Shown here piece by piece: positions 1-9,461 of a stretch of 64,000 nt of DNA (positions are counted from its first letter, which is position 1; the number at the start of each line of letters is the position of its first letter). Position numbers and translations under genes: made by a program. The DNA is from a virus. The notes under the pieces were generated by a model, which saw nothing but the letters and a program-made list of their open reading frames with translations, was not told where the DNA came from and did not search any database. The stretch lies in the UHGV virus genome UHGV-0225074, one strand, 5' to 3'.

Positions 1-52
1 AAACGCCTAAAGGCTGGCGACGTGTAGATCACTTGCGCCCCGCCGATCTGGC

Positions 53-547
53 TTGCTTTCCTTTCATGGGGATCAAAAAATGATTAGTGTACGAATGTTT
101 TATTACGATGAATTATCAGACCAGGCAAAAGCCGCCGCCCGCGCTAACGTTGTGATCCCCGAGGTGGAAGCACTGATCCGTAATGTTGGCAACGCTCGCC
201 AGGCCTGGAAGGAAAACATTCACCGGGCAATTAATGACCCTTATCACGTCCGCCGGATCTACAATGGACAAATGGCGCTTTACAAAATCCGGCACCAGGG
301 CGAGGCTTATTTGATACCCTACATCCGGCAAAACTGCACAATTTATCTGGCCGATGGATCATATGTTTACTATGATTGCAACAAAAAACGGATCGCTATT
401 GTTAACAGTGGTTATCATGGATTATTACCCGACGATCTCCAGGTGGCGGCGCGTGATGAATATGTAAGAGTAAACGATCGAGGCCCGGCATACTTTAGAA
501 AATTATATTCCGACATTGCAAAGGCGAAGAGATCCGGCCTGGCATGA
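53..547 (+). CDS. hypothetical protein (164 aa; start could be ATG at 80)
   Basis: ORF in rightward early block; no recognisable motif. Confidence 0.45.
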   Translation: MLSFHGDQKMISVRMFYYDELSDQAKAAARANVVIPEVEALIRNVGNARQAWKENIHRAINDPYHVRRIYNGQMALYKIRHQGEAYLIPYIRQNCTIYLADGSYVYYDCNKKRIAIVNSGYHGLLPDDLQVAARDEYVRVNDRGPAYFRKLYSDIAKAKRSGLA

Positions 548-567
548 TAGGCAAAATCTTTACAATT

Positions 568-596
568 CCAGGGCTTGCTTTCGGTCCTGGTTTTTG
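568..596 (+). terminator. putative rho-independent terminator
   Basis: CCAGG/CCTGG stem with long loop then TTTTT, directly after stop of 53..547. Confidence 0.3.
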
Positions 597-811
597 CTAT
601 TCTTTGTTTGAAGCGGCAACGATGGACACCGGAGGAAAGTCACCGGAGGTGCCCGCTATTCCGGTAATGAGAATTACTCTCAACAACGCCTAAAATCTTA
701 TGCAAAATAGTGAATATGGCGAGATCTCCGATAAAATGGACTAGGGTACAGCCTGGACGAAAAACCGCTTAAAACTCGTTACAGGGCGTTTAAAGGCCAT
801 ATAAAAACAAC

Positions 812-840
812 TTGACACGGGAAAACGGCTAAAAAGTAAT
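812..840 (+). promoter_or_regulatory. sigma70-like promoter (TTGACA-17-AGTAAT)
   Basis: Perfect -35 hexamer, 17-bp spacer, weak -10, in intergenic region. Confidence 0.35.
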
Positions 841-915
841 TTCACCATGAAATCAATTGCATAGCGATGCATAAAGATGCAAAAAGTGAATAATGTAAAG
901 ATACGTAAAGAGCTA

Positions 916-944
916 TTGACAGCGATCCCCGCTTATATTATTAT
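916..944 (+). promoter_or_regulatory. strong sigma70-like early promoter (TTGACA-17-TATTAT)
   Basis: Consensus -35, 17-bp spacer, near-consensus -10, about 50 nt upstream of RBS of 994 gene. Confidence 0.6.
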
Positions 945-993
945 TTATCTCGTAGGGCAAACAAACGAAAACAACTTAACGAGGTAAACGAAA

Positions 994-1353
994 ATGACTA
1001 TCATCAATCTGAATTCTACTGTTAAAGGTAAAGATTTTGGCGGCGTAGTAGATCATGATCCGATGTGGTCACTTTCAGTTTTCAAAGGCGATTTAATCGA
1101 CGTCGTTACCCTGGACGGCCCGAGCGACGATTACAAATGTGAAATTCGTCTCACTAACTGGTACACTAACAAAACTTATGCTCTTGATCGTGTGATTATC
1201 GGTAGAATTGAATCACTGACAGACGAAGAGACCGGACAAGATTTTGATTATTATATCAATAGCTCTGATCGCGCTGATCGCCTCCTGCAAAAGATTAAAG
1301 AAAAAGGCGTTATTGATTTAGCTCTTTGGGTAGACGTTACAGAAAGCAATTAA
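994..1353 (+). CDS. hypothetical early protein (119 aa)
   Basis: ORF with GAGG RBS; downstream of strong promoter. Confidence 0.55.
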   Translation: MTIINLNSTVKGKDFGGVVDHDPMWSLSVFKGDLIDVVTLDGPSDDYKCEIRLTNWYTNKTYALDRVIIGRIESLTDEETGQDFDYYINSSDRADRLLQKIKEKGVIDLALWVDVTESN

Positions 1354-1429
1354 GTTAACAGATTAAAAGGCGTTTAGATGAGCGCCTTTTGATAAGTTAT
1401 CACCAACAATCAAAAGAGGTAAAAAAACA

Positions 1430-1744
1430 ATGACCAAATTAAAATTTTTCGAAATGCTGGATCGTTGTCTCGCAAGTCATAACTCTTGGTCAAAATTGAC
1501 TGGCGACGGTGAAAAATATAACGTAGCTCAATTAAAACCTTATGTTTTTCATGAAGATCCGGCAAAACTTGCGGCATATCGGGAACAAGATCCAGATTAT
1601 GCCTGGACTTCTCATGCTTCAGGGTTTACCCTTGCTGATTGTTGGCATATTGAAGCAATGCAACATAAAACCGCCGAGGCGGCAGAAAAGCAAGCCAAGA
1701 TTTTTACCCGCTGGATCGCTGAATATAAAGAGCTTAACAAATAA
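1430..1744 (+). CDS. hypothetical early protein (104 aa)
   Basis: ORF with AGAGG RBS. Confidence 0.55.
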   Translation: MTKLKFFEMLDRCLASHNSWSKLTGDGEKYNVAQLKPYVFHEDPAKLAAYREQDPDYAWTSHASGFTLADCWHIEAMQHKTAEAAEKQAKIFTRWIAEYKELNK

Positions 1745-1792
1745 TTAAACCGGGGCGCTAGCCGCCCCGCTATCCTTTGAGGTAAAGCAATT

Positions 1793-2023
1793 ATGATTAA
1801 TATTAGTGTTGACAAGTTAGCCGAAATCATCCAGAAAGCAGGCGATGAAAAATACGGCGTAAATGATTGTTATTTCATCGGGCAGTATGAGGACGGTCGC
1901 TATTATGGCGTGTTGTCTAACAAGGTGAAAAGCCGTAGCAGTGCCGCACAATTGCGCCGCCCGGATTTTTTCGAACAAAAAGGCCTGAAAGTAATCAAAG
2001 TAATGAAACGCAAAAAAGGCTAA
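1793..2023 (+). CDS. hypothetical protein (76 aa)
   Basis: ORF with GAGG RBS; stop overlaps next start (ATGA). Confidence 0.5.
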   Translation: MINISVDKLAEIIQKAGDEKYGVNDCYFIGQYEDGRYYGVLSNKVKSRSSAAQLRRPDFFEQKGLKVIKVMKRKKG

Positions 2024-2235
2024 TGATTATGAAAACTGTAAAAGCAAAAGATTTAAAAAGCGGAATGATCATCGAATTACCGGACATCGCCCCAGGCTTT
2101 AAGCCGGGTAGCGTCCTCATCACACAAATAGAAATCGAAGCGCCTCACATTGTGGAAGTATCTTTCTATTACAAAACTCGCTATATGGCTGATCTTTATC
2201 ACCCTGAGGCGGAATTTAAATTAATCAGTGAATGA
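2023..2235 (+). CDS. hypothetical protein (70 aa)
   Basis: Translationally coupled ORF. Confidence 0.5.
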   Translation: MIMKTVKAKDLKSGMIIELPDIAPGFKPGSVLITQIEIEAPHIVEVSFYYKTRYMADLYHPEAEFKLISE

Positions 2236-2566
2236 GGTAAAAGCTATGTTTCTGTTTAATCAATTCGACACGCCAGAAAAAGCCCTTGATTATTTGTTGA
2301 CAAAAGGCGAAAACTCATATCGTGGTAGTGCTCATGTGTGGCTAGTTTATCGCCAACTTGGATCGAGCATGAAAGCAACGGGCGCACACCCTATCACGCG
2401 CCGTGATCTGGAAAACAGGATCTATAAAGTTGCATTCTGTAATGATTCCGTGTCTATAGAGTTTTTAGATTGTATCTTTATCAATCACATAACAGGCCGA
2501 TCATTTCCTGATCCAGTACGTTGCCAGGTTGTCAGATATCCATCTAATGAGGTTGTAACATGTTAA
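2228..2566 (+). CDS. hypothetical protein (112 aa)
   Basis: ORF with GAGG RBS overlapping previous stop. Confidence 0.5.
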   Translation: MNEVKAMFLFNQFDTPEKALDYLLTKGENSYRGSAHVWLVYRQLGSSMKATGAHPITRRDLENRIYKVAFCNDSVSIEFLDCIFINHITGRSFPDPVRCQVVRYPSNEVVTC

Positions 2567-2793
2567 AAATTGATGACGCGATAACATACGCCACGGATCA
2601 CGGTTGCAAAGTATCAGATGATTTTATTCGTAAGGGTACAAGACTTAAAGCATTCTATGTTATGGATGGAATAATCCAGGTTATGATCACTCAGTGCCAT
2701 AAAGGGGCGCGGCGCTATCGTGTGAACGGCGAAGAGTACAGCCGAGCGCAAGCAATAATTTCCGCTGTAAACTATCTAAAACAATATGGTTAG
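2560..2793 (+). CDS. hypothetical protein (77 aa)
   Basis: Coupled ORF, last of rightward early block. Confidence 0.5.
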   Translation: MLKIDDAITYATDHGCKVSDDFIRKGTRLKAFYVMDGIIQVMITQCHKGARRYRVNGEEYSRAQAIISAVNYLKQYG

Positions 2794-2816
2794 CCAGTCA
2801 TAAGACAACCACACAA

Positions 2817-2842
2817 AGGCCAGGTTTTTACCTGGCTTTTCT
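2817..2842 (+). terminator. rho-independent terminator
   Basis: GCCAGG/CCTGGC stem, 6-nt loop, TTTT run after stop of 2560..2793. Confidence 0.6.
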
Positions 2843-3178
2843 CTTTGCAGATCCACACCATAAACAACCCACACCACGGCCCCACCGCTATGCAAAAAAG
2901 TGCATAATTGAGATCTAACACAAGACATACCATGATGAGGGTAACCGATAACCACGCTCAAAACGCTTTATATTGCGTTTAATTGTGTGTCGGTCCTGGC
3001 TTTTCACCCCACAACCCCACCTAATTAATAACGCATGTTATTAACTGAATAAATCATGCATTTCTATGCACTGGAAGTGAATATGAGCATAAATCAATAT
3101 AATGATAACTTTTCTCATCTAACCTATTGTGTGAACTGGTTTTATTGAGCATAAAAATAAAATCTTGTCAAATAAAAA

Positions 3179-3420
3179 TCGTTCGCGTAATCGTGGGGAG
3201 TGGCGCGAGCGTAGCGAGCGACACAATAACACGGGAGTAACTCAAATGATAATCCTTATCATTTTCGTTCGCGTTATCGTGGCTCGTAGACGCTACGATT
3301 AAAAGCGAAATAGTAACATAATTTATCATTACATCCGTAATGATTAGCAAGATCATTTTATCACATCGCCACGATAACACCGATCACGCTCTGCGTGATC
3401 GCTCCCGTGTTATTGTGTCG
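3179..3420. repeat. nested repeat cluster: 19-bp perfect inverted repeat (3219-3237 / 3402-3420), direct repeats TCGTTCGCGT(A/T)ATCGTGG (3179-3196, 3265-3282), hairpin GATCACGC-tct-GCGTGATC (3382-3400)
   Basis: Read directly in sequence inside 1.7-kb gene-free region. Confidence 0.8.
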
Positions 3421-4323
3421 GTATGTGATGGTAACACATGGTTATTATATGCGATCAAATCGCATTAAATCGTGTTTAATGGTTGACAAACCATTAAAAT
3501 GATGATCGTATCTTATGAGAAAAGGCTTGTTTTTGAGCATGATTTTATCTGAAGTGTCAAGTGTTTTTGTTATCGAAAATTCCTATCAATGCCTTGCGTA
3601 GCAAGGCTTATGTGAGAATAGTTATCATTGCGGAAATGCTCAAAGTATGGCTGTGTGTTAAACACAATTCTCTCTCCTTGTCAAGCTTTTATTTATAAAT
3701 TTACAAAATATTTATATTTGCGGAATGATTCTCATTTCGAAATTGAATTCGAAATCGAAATAATAATGATTCTCATTCGTCGTCTCATTCACAAAACAAC
3801 CCTAAAACATGAATAATCACACATGAAACTATCACCACAGTAACAGTCACACCATGTAATGACCTGAAGCGGCTGGCCTATGCGTCACACTGGTAACATT
3901 GGGCATTATTAGCTTGCTATGTGTTGTTAGCTAGTGCGCATAACGTGTTTTATGTTAAATAGCGTAATTCATATAAATATAAGCTTGTCAATGACAAATC
4001 GTGCTCTAAGCTGGCAAACCATATGCTTGCTATCTGTAACATTTGATAATTATTAGTTTCGGCAAGTAACTATCATGCCTGAAGAGGCCCCGAGGGACCG
4101 GGGACCGGATCGACCTTGCCCATGATATTTTGTAAAGATCCGTAAAGATAGTTGACGCCCGGAGCTGTCCGTCTAGCACCGCAGATGGTGAGAACACAAT
4201 ATTTTTACCCAAGGGCCAAGCCATGATATTTTTCGGCAAGTGATATTTTCGGCAGGGGGTCTGTTTTGATTTCTCCACGGGGGGAAGGGGTGGTTATACG
4301 GGGAAAACAGGGGCCTGTTTACG

Positions 4324-4390
4324 CGATATGTTTATGGCATCGACACGTTACGGCAATATGTTTATGAAATTATGTTTTATCAACATATCG
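4324..4390. repeat. 9-bp inverted repeat CGATATGTT/AACATATCG enclosing direct repeats ATATGTTTATG (4326-4336, 4356-4366)
   Basis: Read directly; iteron-like arrangement in non-coding region. Confidence 0.7.
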
Positions 4391-4558
4391 GGGAGTCCCT
4401 TCAGATTGTGTGTTAACAGAATGTGCACCATTCCGAGCAGGGGTTGTGATTGTATCCTCCAGCTTCAGGAGACATGGCTCGTGTTGTGGCTTACATAAAG
4501 CATAACAGGGCTGACAGTTTACGTCAACCCTTTTTGTGTGGTAAGCCGCATAGCAGTC

Positions 4559-4678
4559 TCAACAATCGTCCTTCTTAGCCACTGGCCCAATAGATACGTA
4601 CAACATCATCCCATAAGGGATAAGGATCAGGAACGCTGTAATCAGCATCCCCAGCAATAAGAAACCCACGTCGTCCAT
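4559..4678 (-). CDS. small hydrophobic membrane protein (39 aa)
   Basis: GGAG RBS 7 nt upstream, own promoter, single TM-like segment; below ORF-track cutoff. Confidence 0.45.
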   Translation of the reverse strand: MDDVGFLLLGMLITAFLILIPYGMMLYVSIGPVAKKDDC

Positions 4679-4703
4679 AAAATTCTCCTCGTGTAATTGA
4701 TAG

Positions 4704-4736
4704 AGGAAGTATAATAGACGAGCCTGTTTACGTCAA
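4704..4736 (-). promoter_or_regulatory. sigma70-like promoter (TTGACG-17-TATACT) on minus strand
   Basis: Good -35/-10 with 17-bp spacer upstream of 39-aa ORF. Confidence 0.5.
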
Positions 4737-4761
4737 GGTAAATTGATGCGCCACTTTAGAT

Positions 4762-4788
4762 AAAAGAAAAGGAGCCTCTTCAGGCTCC
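4762..4788 (-). terminator. rho-independent terminator of leftward operon
   Basis: GGAGCCT/AGGCTCC hairpin followed on minus strand by TTTTCTTTT; overlaps stop of 4780..5283. Confidence 0.6.
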
Positions 4789-5283
4789 CTTATTGTGTGC
4801 TTGTTGTGTGGTGAAACCACCTCGAATTTTCATAACCCCAGTTCTGCTGTACGCCTCTTTTGTGATCCATTCTTCCTTACTGGTGTCGTACATATCCAAA
4901 ATCCTGACGGCCTCTCCTTCTTCTTCACGAACATAGCCTTCCCAAAGGTCCATAGCTACACTGGCAGGAGACCTGTATACATTTAAGATTGTTGTCCAAA
5001 AGCTGGGGGATGTTGTGTCCCTGTATTGTTTCAAAATGATCACTGCTTCATGCTTATGCTCTTTGAACCATGTAGCCATAATCTCTGCTAAATGAAATAC
5101 ATCTCCTCCGGTGTATTTGATACAGATATCGTGCAAATTACCTGGTAGAATAAAGACCTCGCAACCCTCTCTTTGCGCGTTCTCAGACCCCTCCGCTATC
5201 TTCTTGCAGTAGGCCTTGAGTCCGTCAATATCTTCGATCCACGGAAAGTGTTTAAGTTTTTTCAATTTTGGTGTTTTATACAT
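4780..5283 (-). CDS. hypothetical protein (167 aa)
   Basis: Last ORF of leftward block. Confidence 0.5.
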   Translation of the reverse strand: MYKTPKLKKLKHFPWIEDIDGLKAYCKKIAEGSENAQREGCEVFILPGNLHDICIKYTGGDVFHLAEIMATWFKEHKHEAVIILKQYRDTTSPSFWTTILNVYRSPASVAMDLWEGYVREEEGEAVRILDMYDTSKEEWITKEAYSRTGVMKIRGGFTTQQAHNKGA

Positions 5284-5291
5284 TCTGTCTC

Positions 5292-5576
5292 CTACAGTCT
5301 CATCCAGGTCTGGTAGTCTGCTTCTGTGTAGTGGTCATCCCTTGCAACCTTTTGTGGTGGGGCAGGGTTCTTTGCAGCAGCTTCCATAATGCCTCGTGGG
5401 TCCGGATCTTCAATCAGGCCCTTGTGTTCGTCACAGGCGTAATGTTTGTACCAGTCACGTAGTCCCCACGGCGGTTGGTATTTCGTCATAAATGTGCAGC
5501 GCCTGCGGATGCCGATGGCTTTGCAGAATTTGCAGTAGGTTATAGGTTTGCACTTCTTCAGCGGGATATGTTTCAT
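5292..5576 (-). CDS. Cys-rich hypothetical protein (94 aa)
   Basis: ORF; CxxC-type cysteines; ATGA coupling with upstream gene. Confidence 0.5.
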   Translation of the reverse strand: MKHIPLKKCKPITYCKFCKAIGIRRRCTFMTKYQPPWGLRDWYKHYACDEHKGLIEDPDPRGIMEAAAKNPAPPQKVARDDHYTEADYQTWMRL

Positions 5577-5797
5577 TAATAATAATCCTCAGGTCCACCC
5601 ATATACCAGGAGTCTGGTGCATCACCCAGATCAGCCTCTCCCCAGTCACGGCTCTTTTTGCCTTTGGTCTGTTCCTTTCCAAAAAGAGCAGTCCCGTCAA
5701 GAAGGTGGCCCATAGCTTTCTCGCCCTTTTTGACGATCCTCCCACGGGCGTTCCATTCCTCAAATGTTCTGTAGGCCATAGAAGCACTCCGGGTCAT
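5576..5797 (-). CDS. hypothetical protein (start 5797 or 5779)
   Basis: ORF; GGAG RBS before internal ATG at 5779. Confidence 0.4.
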   Translation of the reverse strand: MTRSASMAYRTFEEWNARGRIVKKGEKAMGHLLDGTALFGKEQTKGKKSRDWGEADLGDAPDSWYMGGPEDYY

Positions 5798-6182
5798 AGA
5801 TTACGATCTGGCTACGGAGGCTCTCAACCATCTCTTTGTTTGTGGCACTCTCGTAGTATTCTTCAAAAATATCTTCCAATATGTCCTCATGTTCCTCATC
5901 CATCAGGAAAAGGTAGACATTATCTTCAGACCGAAGACGGGAGATGGCATAACGAAGGTTGTGTTTACCAAAATTTGCACCCGGTTCAACAATGATGCCA
6001 CCAACCTGGTAGCCGCAGATCCTGTTCCTGAGGTCCTCGCCGTCGTGATGGAAGTGTAGACTTTTCAGCGGGGTAAGCTCAAGGCATTCTTTAATGCTTT
6101 TTGAACCCTTTTTGTAAATAACCAACAAAGGTCCCCTCCTGTTTGCAATAATCCACTCATTTAAAACATGATAATTTGTCAT
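5760..6182 (-). CDS. hypothetical protein (140 aa from internal start)
   Basis: GGGGAG RBS before ATG at 6182; longer 6320 start would overlap upstream gene by 160 nt. Confidence 0.45.
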   Translation of the reverse strand: MTNYHVLNEWIIANRRGPLLVIYKKGSKSIKECLELTPLKSLHFHHDGEDLRNRICGYQVGGIIVEPGANFGKHNLRYAISRLRSEDNVYLFLMDEEHEDILEDIFEEYYESATNKEMVESLRSQIVIYDPECFYGLQNI

Positions 6183-6399
6183 CGCAATTCTCCCCAAGAA
6201 TAAACTCGATAGCGGCATTCCATCCCAGGCAATAAGCATCTGTTCCCCGGAGGATACTCCCCTTGTCATTGATTTCGTGCTTCTTAAGCATACAGTCTGT
6301 CCAACCTTTAAGTGCCTCATCTTTTGTACCGTAAACAGAACGGTTAAGATTTTGCCACCAGAAGTGGAATACTTTTGTGTAGGTGTTGAGGGTATTCAT
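6157..6399 (-). CDS. hypothetical protein (80 aa)
   Basis: ORF in operon. Confidence 0.45.
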   Translation of the reverse strand: MNTLNTYTKVFHFWWQNLNRSVYGTKDEALKGWTDCMLKKHEINDKGSILRGTDAYCLGWNAAIEFILGENCDDKLSCFK

Positions 6400-6632
6400 T
6401 TCATAACCTTCGGGTTCTCAGTGTAAAATTTTCTGACTTCCTGCAGTTTCGCGATGAACTCATCAAGGTCATCAAGTTCGATCATGATGGTATCGTCATC
6501 ATCACCGTTTGCGTGTAATGGTTGAGTCAGAGTTATTCCGCGAAGACGAGGGTATTTTGCGCCTGTCGCACAGATGGTTATATCCCCAACCATGCCCTCT
6601 AGTGCGGGGATTGGGTCATCAGTTAGCTTCAT
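6396..6632 (-). CDS. hypothetical protein (78 aa)
   Basis: ORF, 4-nt start/stop overlap. Confidence 0.45.
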   Translation of the reverse strand: MKLTDDPIPALEGMVGDITICATGAKYPRLRGITLTQPLHANGDDDDTIMIELDDLDEFIAKLQEVRKFYTENPKVMK

Positions 6633-6865
6633 ACTGTGTACTCCACAAAAACTTCAGTTGGCCTTACCTTTTTGGTGGAATAAAACATCTCTATTACCCC
6701 TGTGTTCAGGTTTAATGCTGGAATTTTAGGGTCTGGGCGATCCATGCCCCATGAAGGACAATCCGCTCTGATAAATAAACACTTGTCGTGTAGGAACCCC
6801 TCACCAGGACGAATCTCCCACACCTCAACATCCTCTTTAATCCTTTCTTTTATCTTTACCTTCAT
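6629..6865 (-). CDS. hypothetical protein (78 aa)
   Basis: ORF, 4-nt overlap. Confidence 0.45.
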   Translation of the reverse strand: MKVKIKERIKEDVEVWEIRPGEGFLHDKCLFIRADCPSWGMDRPDPKIPALNLNTGVIEMFYSTKKVRPTEVFVEYTV

Positions 6866-7128
6866 TTCATAACTCCCGGAGTTGGTATTAATTTAGAAAC
6901 ATCCTTTCCGCAGCTATCGCAAACAAACCTTTTCCCACCAGATACGATCTTATTATCGGATTGCCCATATGGTAAACCCGTGAAGTCTACACTAAGAGTA
7001 TATCTCTCTGTGATAACAGTGCTGGCAGAGTAGCCTCCACAGTGTGGGCAGGTTTCTGTTCCCATCTTATCAATATCTTTCATTTGAGCACTCACACCAA
7101 GGAAAGACTTCTTTGAGTTTTGAAGCAA
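6862..7128 (-). CDS. zinc-ribbon protein (CPHCGG ... CDSCG), start uncertain
   Basis: Two CxxC pairs; longest start overlaps upstream gene. Confidence 0.45.
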   Translation of the reverse strand: MLQNSKKSFLGVSAQMKDIDKMGTETCPHCGGYSASTVITERYTLSVDFTGLPYGQSDNKIVSGGKRFVCDSCGKDVSKLIPTPGVMK

Positions 7129-7417
7129 TAACCCGCTCCATGTAGTCTGTGCAACGCCAGAAGTGCTTCACAATATCAGATCCCTCAAGGGAAGAGTTAT
7201 CCTCTGCGTGGTAGACGAGCGAACTCCATAGAAGACTATTCATCCATTTGTCGTACAAGCTGATTGTGAGGAGTAAATCTTTCGGGAATTTCTCCACAAC
7301 CTCGTCATCATCTGTTGCCACAAGATACCAGTTACGACCATCCTTAGATACTCGAATAACCTCCGGCTTTTGGTATTCCCCATACACACGGATGTAGCGT
7401 ACTTCGTTGAACGTCAT
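7070..7417 (-). CDS. hypothetical protein (115 aa)
   Basis: ORF. Confidence 0.45.
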   Translation of the reverse strand: MTFNEVRYIRVYGEYQKPEVIRVSKDGRNWYLVATDDDEVVEKFPKDLLLTISLYDKWMNSLLWSSLVYHAEDNSSLEGSDIVKHFWRCTDYMERVIASKLKEVFPWCECSNERY

Positions 7418-7578
7418 GCAATGATCTCCCTAAAAAGGATTAACGAAAGTGTTCCAACAAAGAACCAGTTAAATACAGCAACCACTGCTGAATACTTGTT
7501 ACCCTCCAACAAAGCCTTCTTACTGTGGGATACACCCACGAAGAAATTCAGCAACAACGCAAAAATAGTAAAAAACAT
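7414..7578 (-). CDS. small membrane protein (54 aa)
   Basis: GGTAGGAG RBS; hydrophobic; TGA overlaps next ATG; below ORF-track cutoff. Confidence 0.45.
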   Translation of the reverse strand: MFFTIFALLLNFFVGVSHSKKALLEGNKYSAVVAVFNWFFVGTLSLILFREIIA

Positions 7579-7587
7579 ATCTTTCTC

Positions 7588-7833
7588 CTACCAAATAAGA
7601 ACGTAATTGTACTTCAAGCATCTCTTCATACCATAAAGGTCGGCCTGAATACACATGATGACCAACTCACGATCGAAAGATGTCATGCCGTCTTCATGGC
7701 AACTCTTTACGTAGTTTTCGATCCAAACTTCATCTGTTAACAGCGCCTCTGTGGTAGCAATTTCTTGCTTTATCCATTCACACTCTTCAGGTGTTATTGG
7801 GGTCCCCATCCGTGCATCCGTAAAGATATTCAT
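7588..7833 (-). CDS. hypothetical protein (82 aa from ATG 7833)
   Basis: GGAGA RBS before internal ATG; ATGA coupling. Confidence 0.45.
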   Translation of the reverse strand: MNIFTDARMGTPITPEECEWIKQEIATTEALLTDEVWIENYVKSCHEDGMTSFDRELVIMCIQADLYGMKRCLKYNYVLIW

Positions 7834-8012
7834 GGTGTCATCTCCAACCAGACATTGAACATCCATGCTGAAAGAAATGCATGGGCAATCATCATGAGGC
7901 CAGGGAAAACAAACGGGTCTTCTTTTTTACGAAGCAGGAGTGTTAATCCCTGCAACCCACAGCAAACCGTGTTCAAAATGAACAAGAAAAACGTAAATAC
8001 TAAGACAAACAT
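7830..8012 (-). CDS. membrane protein (60 aa)
   Basis: GGGAG RBS; hydrophobic. Confidence 0.4.
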   Translation of the reverse strand: MFVLVFTFFLFILNTVCCGLQGLTLLLRKKEDPFVFPGLMMIAHAFLSAWMFNVWLEMTP

Positions 8013-8016
8013 ATCA

Positions 8017-8172
8017 TTACTCCCAAAGACCAAAGTGATTAAGTACCGCGATGATGAGAACAATGGCTACGACTTTCAAGATAAAAGGCAGACATCCGAG
8101 GTTCTCATAAACACCGCTTCTTTCCGCATTGAAGTGATCGCGGACGATCGCCCTCATTATCCAGAAATTCAT
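8017..8172 (-). CDS. small membrane protein (51 aa)
   Basis: GAGGAGGAG RBS; two hydrophobic segments; not in ORF track. Confidence 0.45.
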   Translation of the reverse strand: MNFWIMRAIVRDHFNAERSGVYENLGCLPFILKVVAIVLIIAVLNHFGLWE

Positions 8173-8224
8173 AGCTCCTCCTCTTGATTAGATACCCTGA
8201 GGATATATTACTATCCATGAGGTG

Positions 8225-8468
8225 TCAAGGCTCTTTTCCAAAAAGAATACGATCATGACCAACAATAGCCTTCGTCTTTTCCTTCAGAGCGAACCGCTTT
8301 GTCCAGTCAGCCATGTCCTGAATGTACCAACAAGCCTCTGCCGCTGCACGAATATTCGCTACATATTCGAGTGCGCCCTGATACCCACGAGAAACACCCT
8401 CCGCCCACCGGATACCGCCCCTTTTTGCTTCCAGATGCCCTAATGCCTTCTTAACATTTTCCATCATC
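8225..8468 (-). CDS. hypothetical protein (about 81 aa from MM start)
   Basis: GGAGG RBS before ATGATG at 8463-8468. Confidence 0.4.
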
Positions 8469-8765
8469 AACCTCCAGGAGATATTTTTGCCGACGGCGCA
8501 TACTAACATCATGGAGTTTACGACTGCCAAGGAGATTTGCAATCTTCCAAGATTTTACTTCAGAAAATTCCTTTTTTACAACACCTTGAAGATGCCCGTT
8601 TATTTTTCTACGGGTCTCCACTGCACGTTTATAACCTTTAGTCTTGAACAGACTACACCAGGTCCCTCTGGTATTTGCATCGATGCTGAAACTTCTCATC
8701 ACTAACTGGAAGATACGCTGGCGGTGGCCCGTGCATGTCTCATCGAGGACATAATAATTTTTCAC
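8451..8765 (-). CDS. hypothetical basic protein (104 aa)
   Basis: ORF. Confidence 0.45.
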   Translation of the reverse strand: MKNYYVLDETCTGHRQRIFQLVMRSFSIDANTRGTWCSLFKTKGYKRAVETRRKINGHLQGVVKKEFSEVKSWKIANLLGSRKLHDVSMRRRQKYLLEVDDGKC

Positions 8766-8859
8766 AAGAACTCCTTCACAAAAAGATCGACGGCAAAATC
8801 CAGGCCCCGGCGTAGCGGGGGTACTGGATTTGGACGGCGCGGCGCTTCGCGCCCATATG

Positions 8860-9018
8860 TTAACGCCATTCCAGCTTCACGCAACCGTAGCCTTCACCCT
8901 TGCATTTTACCATCTGCCGAAGGGCCTCGTCAAAGCTTTCTCCCTGCCAGAATACGTAATATTTATACTCACCCTCGTGGGCGTTTGTCCAGTATTGGAC
9001 AGTAAAAGTGCTTCCCAT
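8860..9018 (-). CDS. small protein (52 aa)
   Basis: AGGAG RBS; not in ORF track. Confidence 0.4.
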   Translation of the reverse strand: MGSTFTVQYWTNAHEGEYKYYVFWQGESFDEALRQMVKCKGEGYGCVKLEWR

Positions 9019-9026
9019 TTAGTCTC

Positions 9027-9203
9027 CTAATGATTTTCTAATAGCCGCCAAAAACGATCCAGGAAAAGGTTAGCCCAGAATGCGAATGCTATTCCAAACA
9101 ACAACATCCCCAAGAATTCGCGAAATTCTGTTGTCAGTACCAAGCCAGTCCCCATGATAATGGTCATGATAACACATCCCAAGGTTTTCCAGATTTCAAT
9201 CAT
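9027..9203 (-). CDS. small membrane protein (58 aa)
   Basis: Hydrophobic; ATGA overlap with upstream gene. Confidence 0.4.
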   Translation of the reverse strand: MIEIWKTLGCVIMTIIMGTGLVLTTEFREFLGMLLFGIAFAFWANLFLDRFWRLLENH

Positions 9204-9447
9204 AAAGCACCATCCCAGATCTCAAAAGATTCACTACCAAGCCGGGGGAGGTCATGCTCATGAATTGGACAACAACGAAATCCTTCCAGCAGGCACATTT
9301 TGTATAAATTGTAAACAAGATATAAACTGCCTTCCTTGGACATGAAGATGTAAATGCCCTGTAACCACTTCGGGTCTCTGAAGTAAATTCCATTACTCCG
9401 AGATTTCTTCAGAGCAGACTTTATCAAAACCAAATCATCGTAAATCA
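9200..9447 (-). CDS. hypothetical protein (82 aa from internal start)
   Basis: GAGGAT RBS before ATG 9447; avoids overlap with 9462..9710. Confidence 0.4.
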
Positions 9448-9461
9448 TATTTTTATCCTCA

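Noticed and set aside
2850-4558. Possible mobile element or CRISPR array in the repeat-rich gene-free region
   Set aside because: There are no regularly spaced identical repeats with unique spacers. There is no integrase or transposase and no terminal inverted repeats flanking a cargo. The repeats are heterogeneous, so an origin or regulatory interpretation is preferred.
4474-4578. 34-aa plus-strand ORF in the gene-free region
   Set aside because: SD-to-ATG spacing is only 3 nt, it is not conserved-looking, and it is convergent with the minus-strand promoter and ORF at 4559..4736.
7765-8187. 140-aa plus-strand ORF
   Set aside because: It runs opposite to the local transcription direction. 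It is fully covered by three minus-strand small genes with strong RBSs and coupled stops, and its composition is low-complexity.
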